A stretch of DNA of 57,811 nucleotides from a virus (Duplodnaviria > Caudoviricetes), in IMG/VR virus record IMGVR_UViG_3300044641_001974, positions 1 to 57,811 of that record; one strand, written 5' to 3'. The notes beneath the pieces were generated by a model. That model was not told the DNA's origin. It saw nothing but the letters and a program-made list of their open reading frames with translations, and searched no databases. A program made the translations under genes and the position numbers. How positions within the stretch are numbered: position 1 is the first letter of the stretch; every line of letters begins with the position of its first letter. This document shows positions 47,148 through 57,676 of the stretch, piece after piece.

Positions 47148-49491
47148 TCAGTGAGCCGTGGTCCGTGATCCAACCCCCTCCAACAAGTCAAAACCATCCT
47201 CCAAGTACTCAATCACATCCTCTTTACAAACCACCGGACCAACAAACAAACTCTTAATCTTTGGCACGTGGTCCATGAAAGGCGCTCCATAATACTCGTA
47301 ACTCACCCCTCGGTCATCCGTCAAAACAATCACCTGAATGCTAGGAATACTCTCATCAGGCATTTTTTCAACTTTAAAGTCCTTTTCCATCATTTTTAAC
47401 CTCGACTTCGGCTTCTGTTTCAATCCATACATGCGCACCACACGATAAAGGCTTGTCAGGGGCATAAACCACCCTGCTAGGGCCGTGGATCACGACATCA
47501 TGGGCATAGGTATTACTCTTATACGTTTTCACCGTTAAAACGGGTTCTGTGACCCCGTTCTTCCGATTGGACTTAATCACATGCTGGTTAACGTGAATAA
47601 TGGTTTTCAAGAGCTTGCTCTCGGACCAAACAAATCAGGTCTGTTCTGTTTCTTATCCAAACCCTCTCTTTTTTCAATTTCCGAGAGTTTTTTAGCTATT
47701 TTCTCAGCAAACATGTCAAATAACTGCTCATTTTTGCCAATATTAGGGGTTTCTGGGCGCTCCCGCTTGGAAGGGCTTACCTTCCTGCGTAAACGCTGGG
47801 CGTGGGCAATGAGAAGCGCCTGGCGCTGCTCTAAGGTAGTCAGTTTATCCCGTAAGTCATGGCCTGCCATAAGGCGGTCTCCCCGCTCCATGGAAAAGTC
47901 GATAAGGGCCTTTATCTTTTTTTCTGCCCACTCATTGGGGGGTTTCGGGTGCTGAGTGCTCATGGCTAAATTCCTTTATGTAATGGTCAAGCTTTATTGC
48001 TTCGTACTGCAGTTCGCTATAGTCGTCTACCTGTTTAGCCAAAAGCGACAGTTTTCTGGCTTGGATTAATAACTTGCAGGTGTTGCATTGAAAGTCGTCC
48101 ATGGTTTTTAGCGATATATAGTCTTTTAACGTTGTATTCATCTTAGCCTATCCTTTGGTTTCCCTCAATCCTTGCTTTTTACAGGGAAAAGTGCATGAAT
48201 TTTCCATAAAATTACATGCAACGTTTTGTCTTTCTACCTGTGCCTTGTTTAAAGCTATGGATGACTCCAACCCCTCTTCCAAATGCTTTATGTGGTCTGC
48301 CATTTGAATAAGCACATCTGCTAATTCTTTAAGTTTTAGACTACCAACTTGAATACATGTACCTTCTTTTAGTTCTTTAGCTAATTCGTATGCGTTCATT
48401 TAATCCCGTGCCTTTCTTCTATTGCCCTAGCAAACTTAATTTGCCAACCCCACTCAGCATTACCATGCTCTAGATAAAGCTTGTTTATCTCTTCTTCACT
48501 TAAAGGCCCTTTGCCTAGAGCTCGTTTTCTTGCAAATACATCGGCATCTTCCAAAGAACAAACCTTGTACTCGTCAGAAGGTTTCATTTTTTTCCTTTCT
48601 AATTTCTAATTTGTTACACAATATGTAACATAAAGTGAGCCATAACCGACTTTATGTAACATTTATGAGTCATTACCAAGGCAACGGCTCTTCATCCACT
48701 TCGGTCATACTAACCGAAACAAGATCGTCATTTTCAAAGCGCAAAAGCACGTTGCTCCGTGATTCGTGACTAAACATCTCTGGCTCTCCAGTAAAGGGAT
48801 TGAGCTCAATTTGTACCCACATCTCCGTGATCCGTGGTGCTCGGGACGTGCCGGGTTTTACTCGGTACTCAATTGCATCAAACCAACCGGGCTCAGGGGT
48901 CGTGATCCATACGCCGTGCTCAGGGTTATACGCCTCAATCTCGTAGCCATCGGCCCAAGCTTTAATAAATTCTGCGTGCTTTCTAGGTGCTGTCATATTA
49001 GTTCCATTCATCGTCAAGTTCTTTAAATTTACCCACAAAATCACTATTCCGAAGAATCGGGCGCATGATTCCAGCGTGGGCTCTGTCTAGGTATTGCTGT
49101 ACTTCATCAAGGGTTTCCCCTCCTACCGTGGCACGGGTATGGCCCACGGGTACACCTTCGTCGTCGTAAAACACTTCCCGTAGCTCCATGTAGACTTCTT
49201 CCGTAGGCGTGGTTAAAAGCACCAAACGAAGGTTCCATGTCATACGCTATCCTTTCCCTGCTTACGCAAAGCCCGCACCAAACGCTTGGCTTCTTTGACG
49301 GACGAAAATTCCAGGGGGATGTCCACCTTAGCGTATTTGGAGATCAACATCACACAATGCCCAAAGGCAAGAGCCGTGACCAGTATTTCGTCTTTACTGA
49401 GCTTGTTTTTAAGCTTAATAAGGTCCTCGGTAGTAATCTCTTTTTGATTGATTGATTTGCGGTCAATCGTTGCTTTCATTTTTGCTGCCAT
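47148..49491 (-). CDS. Cluster of about nine small hypothetical ORFs (47148-47393, 47374-47610, 47607-47963, 47932-48141, 48148-48399, 48396-48587, 48673-48996, 48998-49243, 49240-49491)
   Basis: Mostly overlapping or abutting ORFs. Recognisable phage families include MKTIIHVNQH...KPLSCGAHVWIET and RKHAEFIKAWADG. Confidence 0.55.
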
Positions 49492-51087
49492 GGGTCATCT
49501 CCAAACGTGTCTTTTAAAAATTTGCTGGTGGTCCAAAACAAAATAACCACAATGCCACTCACAATAACAAATGCACCAAGATACCAAACAAAAGTTTCCA
49601 TATTATTTCCCTTCAAATAATTTTTTAACCACACGATCCGCTTCTGCGTTAGCAGACTCTATTGCTTTGTGCTTACTCCAACTAAGCCACAAGTTCAACG
49701 CAATTATTGCCACGTACAGGCCCCACCATTCGGCAGAGGCACTACCTTCCCACAACAAATAGGCTACGAGTAACTCAATCATTGACGACCTCCAAAAAAG
49801 TAGGACTGTGATAAAAAAGGTGTGACAGGGGCTAACAGGGCAGAAGGCCCAGCCATGGGACCCACTAACACATAGGGGCTTTCAGGCACAAAGCTAGGGG
49901 CAGAGCCGGGAGCCGTGGTCGGAAAGCGTGGTTGTAGCACGTTGGCTACACCATACCCGGCAGCCGGTGCGTTATTGCCCCCGGGCATCACCGCAATCTG
50001 TGGGATTTGCTGGGCATATATACCATTGGTATATACCAAGGTATATACAATGTATATACAAGGCAAGAGCTTTCTCATTCGTCATCTCCCCTAAACATTT
50101 CTTGCTTGGCAATCTCAAGTGCACCAATCGTACCCATCACGCTGTTGATGTAATGAAAGTCTTTGTAAAAGTATGCCGAGCCGGGTTGGCCGTTAACCTT
50201 TTCGGGGTGCTCTTCGTAAAGCACCACAAAGCAACAAAGGTTAGCAAGATTGTCGGTTTCGGGGCTACGTACCCAATTAAGCGCCTGTTCAAGCACCTCA
50301 CAAACCTTTTCTCGGTTGTCGGGCATAAAAGCAAAAGGAACGATCTTCATTTGCCACTCGCAAGTAAAACAACTAACAGCACAAACAAACTAATAATAAG
50401 AGCAATCTTATTAGCCCAATACCTGCGGTTAATAACCCGTGGGTCACCAATTAGGTAGGACTGAAGCTCTAACATATCGCTGTCGTACTCTACATACTTT
50501 GGAGGCTCGTAGTGCTCGCCAATTTTTACTTTGCCGGTGTTGTATGGTGTGGTTTTCATAGGACGTTCTCGAAGGCGGATTGTTGGATGTACTCTAAGAG
50601 ACTTGGGGCTTGGTTGACCATTTCCCAAATACTAGTACTTAGTTTGCCATCAGGCGCAGCAATCCGAACATCGTGGATGTCTACTTCGCCTAAATAACCA
50701 ATGTCGCTTTCAGGGCCTACAACTTCGCCATACACCTCTAGCTCGGTATCACCAACAGTAACGGTGGTGACATAGTACCTAGCGCTTTCTTGATCCCATG
50801 CGTTTTTGCTAAACATATTTCTTCCTTTCTAATTTCTATTCGATACATTACTCTTTGGTGGAATGTAAGTCAAGTAACTTTTGCCACCGCTTGGGTCCGA
50901 GTAATGCAATGGCATCAAAGCATATCGGAATTAAGGTACTCATCTTTTGAATTTCTTCATGCTGGATAAAGCCTTTGGAGATGTTGTCCAGAATTATCAT
51001 GGCCTCGAGCCGTGATTGGTCAACCATGTCTAACCAAGCTTCTGCATCTTCGTTGCTTAACTTTTCTTGCTGTTCTTCTGCCATCAC
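49476..51087 (-). CDS. Cluster of small ORFs, several with hydrophobic segments (49476-49601, 49603-49782, 49779-50078, 50075-50350, 50347-50559, 50556-50816, 50848-51087)
   Basis: ATGA-type overlaps; TM- or signal-like segments in four of them. Confidence 0.5.
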
Positions 51088-51269
51088 ATCACCTGTTCAT
51101 ATGCTGTATCAATTAACCAAGTCATCTCCCCACCAATGGTGCGGTTGTCCACTCGGGCCATATCACATAGCTTGGTATAAGCGTCCTTACGGATAGCCAC
51201 AGCAACCCATGCGTTCTTTCGCTTAGACGGCGAAATTTGCTTCTTTACTTCTTTCTTACTTTCTTCCAT
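51084..51269 (-). CDS. Small ribbon-helix-helix-like DNA-binding protein
   Basis: WVAVAIRKDAYTKLCDMARVDNRTIGGEMTWLI beta-alpha-alpha pattern; TGTATAAT box upstream. Confidence 0.5.
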   Translation of the reverse strand: MEESKKEVKKQISPSKRKNAWVAVAIRKDAYTKLCDMARVDNRTIGGEMTWLIDTAYEQVM

Positions 51270-51315
51270 ACTACCTCCCTGTATCGAATTATATTATACA
51301 CAAGGCTAGTTACAC

Positions 51316-51753
51316 CTATAAGGACTTACCCTTACGCCATTTATGGTTCAAATAATCTTCCCGCAAGAACCCAAAGATGTGGCAGTCGTCACCATCCACA
51401 AACGCTTTACGCATAACGCCTTCGTGGGTAAAACCAAACTTAGGGGCAATGCGTAACGCAAGCGGGTTTGAGCCACGGGTAGGGCCCGTGAGCCGTGATA
51501 AGCCCAACGTGATGAACGCATAGTCAAACGCCGCAGCAACAAAATCAGGCGCAAAGCCATGCCCACCAGGGCGCCCAGCGTAGTGGATACAAGCGCTGTA
51601 TTCGTTAAGGTCAGAGAAAACAAACACCGCACAGAAGTTATTGTCCTTGTCCACTCGAGAAAAGGTCAGGCAAGGACCACAGGGTCCTTCTAACCCCATG
51701 CGACTGCGAGCCCACGTAAGAGCTTCGTCTTTCCTGTCGTTGCCAATAATCAC
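51316..51753 (-). CDS. RimJ/RimL-type GNAT acetyltransferase
   Basis: AAFDYAFITLGLSRL...N...KFGFTHEGVMRKA. Confidence 0.7.
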   Translation of the reverse strand: MIIGNDRKDEALTWARSRMGLEGPCGPCLTFSRVDKDNNFCAVFVFSDLNEYSACIHYAGRPGGHGFAPDFVAAAFDYAFITLGLSRLTGPTRGSNPLALRIAPKFGFTHEGVMRKAFVDGDDCHIFGFLREDYLNHKWRKGKSL

Positions 51754-53615
51754 TTGGCTTCACCCCACGATGGGCCAATCTCCACATCCACTTTGCTGGG
51801 TACTTCAAGGCGCACAGCGTCGATCATAATTTGAGCAGCCTCTTCGGCTTGTTTCTTATCTGAAACACTTAATGCAATCTCGTCGTGGACTTGTAGCAAT
51901 AGGTGCTTGCCAGCCTTGGAGAGGGCTATCATGGCAGCTTTGGTCTGATCGGCAGCAGAGCCTTGTATCAACCTGTTTAGACCTTTATAGGTATAGGCAC
52001 GCTTAATCCGTTGGCCGTATTCAATGACTGCCTGCTCTCTAGGCAAAGCCTTGTTGACACCCCACTCTTGGGGTTCCCAGAGGTTAAAACGACACTTCCT
52101 GCCTAGTAGGGTTCGGATGGTGCCGTTGGCGGCAGGATGGTCAATTCGCTTCATTACAGCGTTGACTGTTCCCCGTAGGAAAGGCACGTTTAGGTGAAAC
52201 TTCTTGATAAGGTCATCTGCCTCTTCAATCTCTAGTCCAAGACTGTTTGCCATCTTTGCCTTACCCATGCCATACATCAGTCCCAAACCAATCGTCTTGG
52301 CGGACTTACGATCAATCCCAGCCATATCAGCAACCATTTGGTGGAAGTCTACCTTGGCATCATACCGATAGCCGTCAGCGGCTTTCTCTGCCCCTGGTAG
52401 GTCTAACAGGCACCCGTAGTGGGTCATGATCCGTGGTTCTTGTTGCGAGAAATCATTTGCTGCCCACAAGTGCCCTTCTTCAGGTAAGAAAAGGCTCCGA
52501 ACGAGGGGTCCAATCACTTCATGTCTGGCGGGGACTTGTTGAAGGTTGGGATTAGCCATGGATAACCGTCCGGTAACGGTTCCCCCATCGTCGGAGCGCA
52601 ACTGGTTGACGTGCGGATGGATACGCCCGTCGATTGCTGAGTACTGCAAATAAGGTTCTAAGAAGGTTCCGTGGGTCTTGTTGACTTCACGGGCTTCCAC
52701 AATCATTTTGGCAACAGGATGGTCTACGTTGTCCAAGAAGTTCTTGGTAAAGCTTGGGGCGCCCTTCTCTGTTTTGAAGTAAGGGATGGATAGCACATCA
52801 AATGCCTTGGCAATTGAATCGGCTGCCCACACTTCGACATCCTTGCCAACAATCCGCTTGAGCTCTTTGTTAATTTCTTTCTCACGCTTTTTGAATTGGT
52901 CCATGAGCTGTTCGCACTTAACTCTATCAAACCGAATACCTCTAAAGGTTAAATCAATCAGTACAGGTAATAGGTCTGTTTCAAGGGTAAAGACGGACTC
53001 GAGCTCTTCTTTGCGGATAAGAGGCTTGAAGTGTTGCCAAAGCTTCAGGGTCAGGCTTGCGTCTTGCTCGGCATACGCTCCCACATACATGGCAGGTAGC
53101 TTCCAGAGTTCTTTCTTGGGATGGACGTTAAAGTCAGCGGCGGCTTGACGCAAACCTACTTCGGACTTGGTCTCCTGCAGGTAGTCAAAGCCAAGAGCGT
53201 TCAAAGAATACGAGAAACGATTCTCATCCAAGATAGGGGCGGCGAGCATTGTGTCAATGATGCGCCCGTTGATTGTGTAGCCTGTGGCTTTTAGCCAGCC
53301 CATATCGTAGGCGGCGTTGTGCATTACCTTGTCAGCGTTGCTTGCTAAGACTTCTTTCATCCAACGCTCGACCATCTTCTTATCTAGATTGCCACCCCCA
53401 GCATGTGCCACAGGGTAGTAACCACTCCAGCCATCTACTGCTACGGCATAGCCAACAATGTAGCCATCCTTACGAGGCCAGCCTGGACCATAGGACTCCA
53501 TATTGGGATCGCAAGTCTCGAGGTCAATTGCAATCTCCGTGGCAGCGGATAAGTCTGGAAAGGTGTCTGGAGGGCACCACTCTACCTGCACAGGAAATAG
53601 GGTCATGTTACTCAT
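51750..53615 (-). CDS. polA: DNA polymerase family A with 3'-5' exonuclease
   Basis: Exo DLET, HNAAYD, YAEQD; TGRLS, motif A DFSQQEPR, motif B KTIGLGLMYG, motif C QVHDE. Confidence 0.93.
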   Translation of the reverse strand: MSNMTLFPVQVEWCPPDTFPDLSAATEIAIDLETCDPNMESYGPGWPRKDGYIVGYAVAVDGWSGYYPVAHAGGGNLDKKMVERWMKEVLASNADKVMHNAAYDMGWLKATGYTINGRIIDTMLAAPILDENRFSYSLNALGFDYLQETKSEVGLRQAAADFNVHPKKELWKLPAMYVGAYAEQDASLTLKLWQHFKPLIRKEELESVFTLETDLLPVLIDLTFRGIRFDRVKCEQLMDQFKKREKEINKELKRIVGKDVEVWAADSIAKAFDVLSIPYFKTEKGAPSFTKNFLDNVDHPVAKMIVEAREVNKTHGTFLEPYLQYSAIDGRIHPHVNQLRSDDGGTVTGRLSMANPNLQQVPARHEVIGPLVRSLFLPEEGHLWAANDFSQQEPRIMTHYGCLLDLPGAEKAADGYRYDAKVDFHQMVADMAGIDRKSAKTIGLGLMYGMGKAKMANSLGLEIEEADDLIKKFHLNVPFLRGTVNAVMKRIDHPAANGTIRTLLGRKCRFNLWEPQEWGVNKALPREQAVIEYGQRIKRAYTYKGLNRLIQGSAADQTKAAMIALSKAGKHLLLQVHDEIALSVSDKKQAEEAAQIMIDAVRLEVPSKVDVEIGPSWGEAK

Positions 53616-53758
53616 TTTTGTCCTCTTAATTTATCGAGTTTTTTAAGGAGGTCTTCGACCACTTTGTTATTGATAGCTTGGTCTCTGATCTCTTGTTCCA
53701 ACTTCCAAAGCACTTTTACTTCTTTTAACAAGTCAACAATCTTCTCTTCAAAGTTCAT
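53612..53758 (-). CDS. Small coiled-coil protein, 48 aa (not in ORF track)
   Basis: MNFEEKIVDLLKEVK...; ATGA overlaps with both helicase and polymerase. Confidence 0.5.
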   Translation of the reverse strand: MNFEEKIVDLLKEVKVLWKLEQEIRDQAINNKVVEDLLKKLDKLRGQK

Positions 53759-55257
53759 AACTGAAAACCTCTGTTAGTATTTTTAGGCAAAATAATATGT
53801 AAACTCTTCTTGGCACGGGTTACGCCTACGTAAAACATGCGGTGAATGGAATCGCTATTCACCGCATATTCTGCGGCGAATCGGGAAGAAAGGTCCGTGA
53901 GCAGCATGACATGATCCGCCTCGCCTCCCTTTGCTCCGTGGATAGTGGATAACTTGACAGGCATATGGCCCTTTAGCTTACGCCCACGACGCAACGCAGC
54001 AATAATATATTCCCGTTTATCTTCCGATATCTTGGTCAAAGCCTCATGCCAGATTACATCTGTCAGTAAGCCATGCTTTTCTTTGAGCGTGTGTATGGTG
54101 TGTAATTCGTCGGGAAGTGCCTTGGGTAGGCGCTTATGTCCTCGAGCCACGAAGTCTGCATCAAGATAGCGGTAGACGTTTACTACGGCAGGGGTCTCCA
54201 CTTCTAGCCCTTTGCGTAGCTGTTCCCAAGTGTATACGGCTTCGATCATGTTCTCAGGTAGCGAGCGTTGGCCGTGGCGTTCATAAATAATGCCAAGGCT
54301 TTTTAGCCAGCCATGCACTTCGTTCAAAAGGTAGTTGGTAGAGGCTAGGATTAGCCACTCTCCTGTGGTTACGTCCACATCCTCAAAACGCTGGTAAGTC
54401 TGTACTGCCCCCTCAAAGTTCCTTGGCTTCCATTCCTTGGCTTGGCGGTGTCTGATGCGCTGCACAATATCTTCTGCCACCGCATGCACCTTGGCAGGTA
54501 CACGCCAAGACTGCTCGAGTACTGTGATCTTGCCTTCAAAGTTTAAAAAGGCATCCACATCTGCCCCCGCCCATGTAAAAACTGCCTGGTCATCATCCCC
54601 AGCAATGTAGACTCGCTTGGCCTTGGCAGCAAGTATTTCTACAAGATTCCATTGCAAGCGGCTCAAATCCTGAGCTTCATCTATGATAAGCGCCTCTAAT
54701 GCAGGTAGCTTGTCGGGCTCGTTGACAATCTGCTCGAGCATGTCGGTAAAGTCAATTAATTCCCTAGATTGCTTATAGTGACGATAAGCACGCTCAACAT
54801 ACTCAAAGTGATGCCACTCAATATCAAGATTGCTACGATTGTAATAAGCTCGTAGGTCTTCGCCCTTAATACGAGCGATGTTGATTTCAGACAAAATAGG
54901 ATTGTCCGCTCTGACCATAAACTCTTCTTCACCCAATTCAATATTGATTTCAATTCCTGTCTCCTTACTAAACTCTCTGTAGTTCTCTGGTTTCATAATG
55001 TCGTTGGCAGATATGTGCAAACAACGAAAAGCCAAGCTGTGCAGGGTTCTGAACCACGGGAAGTCAATCTTCTCGTTTAGGTGTGGGAACTTCTGTATGG
55101 CTCGTTCTTTTGCCTCGTTGGAGGCTTTCTTTGTAAATGAAAAATATCCAATGCTAGAAGAGGGTATGCCCTCTTCCAATTCCTTTTCCACAATAGACAA
55201 CAGATATGTTGTCTTTCCGCTTCCGGGTGGACCAAAGATTTTATGGATATGGCTCAA
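53755..55257 (-). CDS. UvrD/Rep-like superfamily 1 helicase
   Basis: GPPGSGKT, TLHSLA, IIDEAQD, AGDDDQAVF, STIHGAKGGE, YVGVTRAK. Confidence 0.9.
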   Translation of the reverse strand: MSHIHKIFGPPGSGKTTYLLSIVEKELEEGIPSSSIGYFSFTKKASNEAKERAIQKFPHLNEKIDFPWFRTLHSLAFRCLHISANDIMKPENYREFSKETGIEINIELGEEEFMVRADNPILSEINIARIKGEDLRAYYNRSNLDIEWHHFEYVERAYRHYKQSRELIDFTDMLEQIVNEPDKLPALEALIIDEAQDLSRLQWNLVEILAAKAKRVYIAGDDDQAVFTWAGADVDAFLNFEGKITVLEQSWRVPAKVHAVAEDIVQRIRHRQAKEWKPRNFEGAVQTYQRFEDVDVTTGEWLILASTNYLLNEVHGWLKSLGIIYERHGQRSLPENMIEAVYTWEQLRKGLEVETPAVVNVYRYLDADFVARGHKRLPKALPDELHTIHTLKEKHGLLTDVIWHEALTKISEDKREYIIAALRRGRKLKGHMPVKLSTIHGAKGGEADHVMLLTDLSSRFAAEYAVNSDSIHRMFYVGVTRAKKSLHIILPKNTNRGFQL

Positions 55258-56783
55258 AATGGCGACCCTTCACGCATCTCTGGGGTTTGGAAGGGGGCGC
55301 TTTGTTTCTTGAAGTTAGGCACTCTCCAGCAACGTACTGTCCTGCCTTTTAGGAAGAGAGGTACAGGTGCGCCACCAATATCCCGTAGGCGCTGTGCCAT
55401 CTTAGGTGCAGTCAGTCCTGTAAAATTATTGCGTTTGAGGTGAAGCTCAAGGTCCTTGATCCTAAAGTAAGTCTGCCCATCCTCGTCAGATATCCATGGA
55501 CGGCCAAGCAAGAGCTCGTCACGATCTAACGCTTGTTGCATATGCGTACAGAACTCTTCAAGCAAGTCCATAAACTTACCTGTAATGCTGGTGTCCTCAG
55601 AAGCCTCAGTAATCTGCTCTGTTTCCACCATTTCTTTTAACAGGGCGTTCAATAGCCCCTCCCAATCCTGTTTACGCAGGGTAGGTGGCAGTAGGTTTAA
55701 CTTTTCAACGCACGATTTTTGAAACGCTGTTTGAATAAAAAGGCTGTCTGTATCAAGTTCAACTCGATTTCCGTTGACGTCAAGGAACCATAGTGGAGGC
55801 TCTGAAGCATACTTTGAAAGCGAACTGAGTTGGGGAGCGTCAGGGCCGTCACCGCCGATACCATGCTTCCTTGTTCGGCACAGTCCCGAGTTACAGAAGG
55901 AGTTGAGTGGCGCATCCTTGCACTTATAACGGTAATCTTTTTTACCAGCTTGTTTTGTAATGAGCTCAAGTTCTTTCATTCCTAAAGGTGGACTCATGTA
56001 TTTGATGTTGTATTCCATGAGCTTGTCTTCCCAGCCCACCGGATGTGCTTTCTTAAGATAAACTCCGATGGCAAAGAGGCCATTATTGCGGGTCCCTTCT
56101 GGAAACCCTTGAGTGCATAACGCTTGCAAACACGGTGGACCATCCTTAATCGGATTGTCCGCTTCTTTCGGAGCCTCTGGTATCGACAGCGGCGTATCTT
56201 GGACGTTTGATTCGTACAGCTCATAGAACTCTGAAAGAGTCGCAGCACTCCCGTCAGATTTGATGGCATAGCGTGTTCCTTTATCTCCTGCAAAGTAAGG
56301 CAGGTTTAAGAAATTACCCGTGTCGCCACGGTCTACTAATATCTCAGATTGTTTTGGAAAAATCTCTCGCCCTGCTTCTCCTAACAAAGCAGCACAAGTT
56401 TTTAAATAGTTTTGCATTAGGCGTGCAGCTACAGGTTCTTTTACAAATAAGAACACATGCGCACCGCCTGATTTGCTACGGCATACAACTAAAGGCAGAT
56501 TTAAATCTGCAATCTTTTTAACAAGAGCGTGATGGTCAAGGGGATACTGATCGATATCAATACAACCCCATATGCAAGTATTGTCAGACCTAATAGGAAT
56601 GATCCCAAGACTAGGCTCCACCCCATCCAGATGATTACTCCACAGCTCGTCCACTGGTGGTTGTCGTACCACAACTGCCTTGCCCGCTTGTTTGCCGTCT
56701 CCACGTGACTTCTCAATCCGATAGGTGCCATATGCAATATCTAGCCCTTCGAATATAGATTTGAATTTCTCGATGTCCGCCAT
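55254..56783 (-). CDS. AEP-type primase with PriCT-like domain
   Basis: CIDID, RSKSGGAH, GNFLNLPY, GPPC, EGTRNNGLF. Confidence 0.75.
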   Translation of the reverse strand: MADIEKFKSIFEGLDIAYGTYRIEKSRGDGKQAGKAVVVRQPPVDELWSNHLDGVEPSLGIIPIRSDNTCIWGCIDIDQYPLDHHALVKKIADLNLPLVVCRSKSGGAHVFLFVKEPVAARLMQNYLKTCAALLGEAGREIFPKQSEILVDRGDTGNFLNLPYFAGDKGTRYAIKSDGSAATLSEFYELYESNVQDTPLSIPEAPKEADNPIKDGPPCLQALCTQGFPEGTRNNGLFAIGVYLKKAHPVGWEDKLMEYNIKYMSPPLGMKELELITKQAGKKDYRYKCKDAPLNSFCNSGLCRTRKHGIGGDGPDAPQLSSLSKYASEPPLWFLDVNGNRVELDTDSLFIQTAFQKSCVEKLNLLPPTLRKQDWEGLLNALLKEMVETEQITEASEDTSITGKFMDLLEEFCTHMQQALDRDELLLGRPWISDEDGQTYFRIKDLELHLKRNNFTGLTAPKMAQRLRDIGGAPVPLFLKGRTVRCWRVPNFKKQSAPFQTPEMREGSPF

Positions 56784-56811
56784 CCGAATTCTTCTTTCTA
56801 GTTAATAGGGT

Positions 56812-56884
56812 GGGACTACTCGCTCCACTACTGCACCCCGGTAAGGATACATTCTTGGCCATGTGTAGAATCTGCTTTCGTCCC
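56812..56884 (-). ncRNA. Candidate structured RNA element with GAAA/GAGUA (E-loop-like) internal loop
   Basis: GGGAC-GAAA-GC...CUAC...GUAG...GC-GAGUA-GUCCC in the SSB-primase intergenic gap. Confidence 0.5.
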
Positions 56885-56891
56885 TAAAACA

Positions 56892-57659
56892 TTAGAATGG
56901 CACTGTTTCGCTTGCTGTTTCTTCGCTCTGGTGCTTGACTTTAACTTCACCGCTACCGATTGAATTAGCAAACGACTTTGCCGCTGCGTATATATTCTGA
57001 TCTTCAACAGAGCCTACACGCTCAATCTCCCAACCATACCACTTGCCTTTGTCGTTAGACTCAGCTTGTGTGGTTAAGCGGTAGATTTGGCTATACATAG
57101 GTGGCGTGTATGGACCATTCTTACCCATCAGTTTTGTGCTCATCATCATGCTGTTCCACTTACGGCTCTTTTTAAGCTGTGTAGAACGCATAACAATCAA
57201 AGCTGGGTTAGGAATGCCATCCTCGCCAAGCACCATCACGTAATGGTTTGCGGTGTTTTCCACATAATTACCATTATCAAGATAGTCTTTATTGTCGCCC
57301 GGCTCTCTATGTGTGTGCGTCAGAATATCACTAGTTGCCGTGTGAATAGCAATGGGTGCTCCACTACCTGAACCCCTTGGAGCCCATTCAATGTATTGGC
57401 GAATATATGCTGTTGGAATAACCAACAACCCTTTTTTGCCATCATACAACTCGTTGGTAACGCTATTTAATACCATGCCTGGCATAGCGCCTTCCATCTC
57501 TCCAATCTCAGGAGAAGTGCTGGTCAGTAACTTCAAGAAGGGTAAAGCAAAATCTTCTTGAGTCATGTTATTAAAACCTGACTGTGCATCCTCTTCAAAG
57601 TTAGAAGCTAATACTACTGCGGTACTACCTGTTTTTGTTGCTAGATCGTTCTTTGCCAT
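56892..57659 (-). CDS. Single-stranded DNA-binding protein-like
   Basis: LPFLKLL...YIEW...STQLKKSRKWN...ESNDKGKWYGW, acidic tail ending in VPF. Confidence 0.6.
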   Translation of the reverse strand: MAKNDLATKTGSTAVVLASNFEEDAQSGFNNMTQEDFALPFLKLLTSTSPEIGEMEGAMPGMVLNSVTNELYDGKKGLLVIPTAYIRQYIEWAPRGSGSGAPIAIHTATSDILTHTHREPGDNKDYLDNGNYVENTANHYVMVLGEDGIPNPALIVMRSTQLKKSRKWNSMMMSTKLMGKNGPYTPPMYSQIYRLTTQAESNDKGKWYGWEIERVGSVEDQNIYAAAKSFANSIGSGEVKVKHQSEETASETVPF

Positions 57660-57676
57660 GATTCGTGGTCCTTATT

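Noticed and set aside
544-57561. Numerous plus-strand ORFs antisense to long genes (e.g. 848..1591, 21057..21668, 49928..50458)
   Set aside because: Shadow frames of real minus-strand genes, with no recognisable motifs or RBS.
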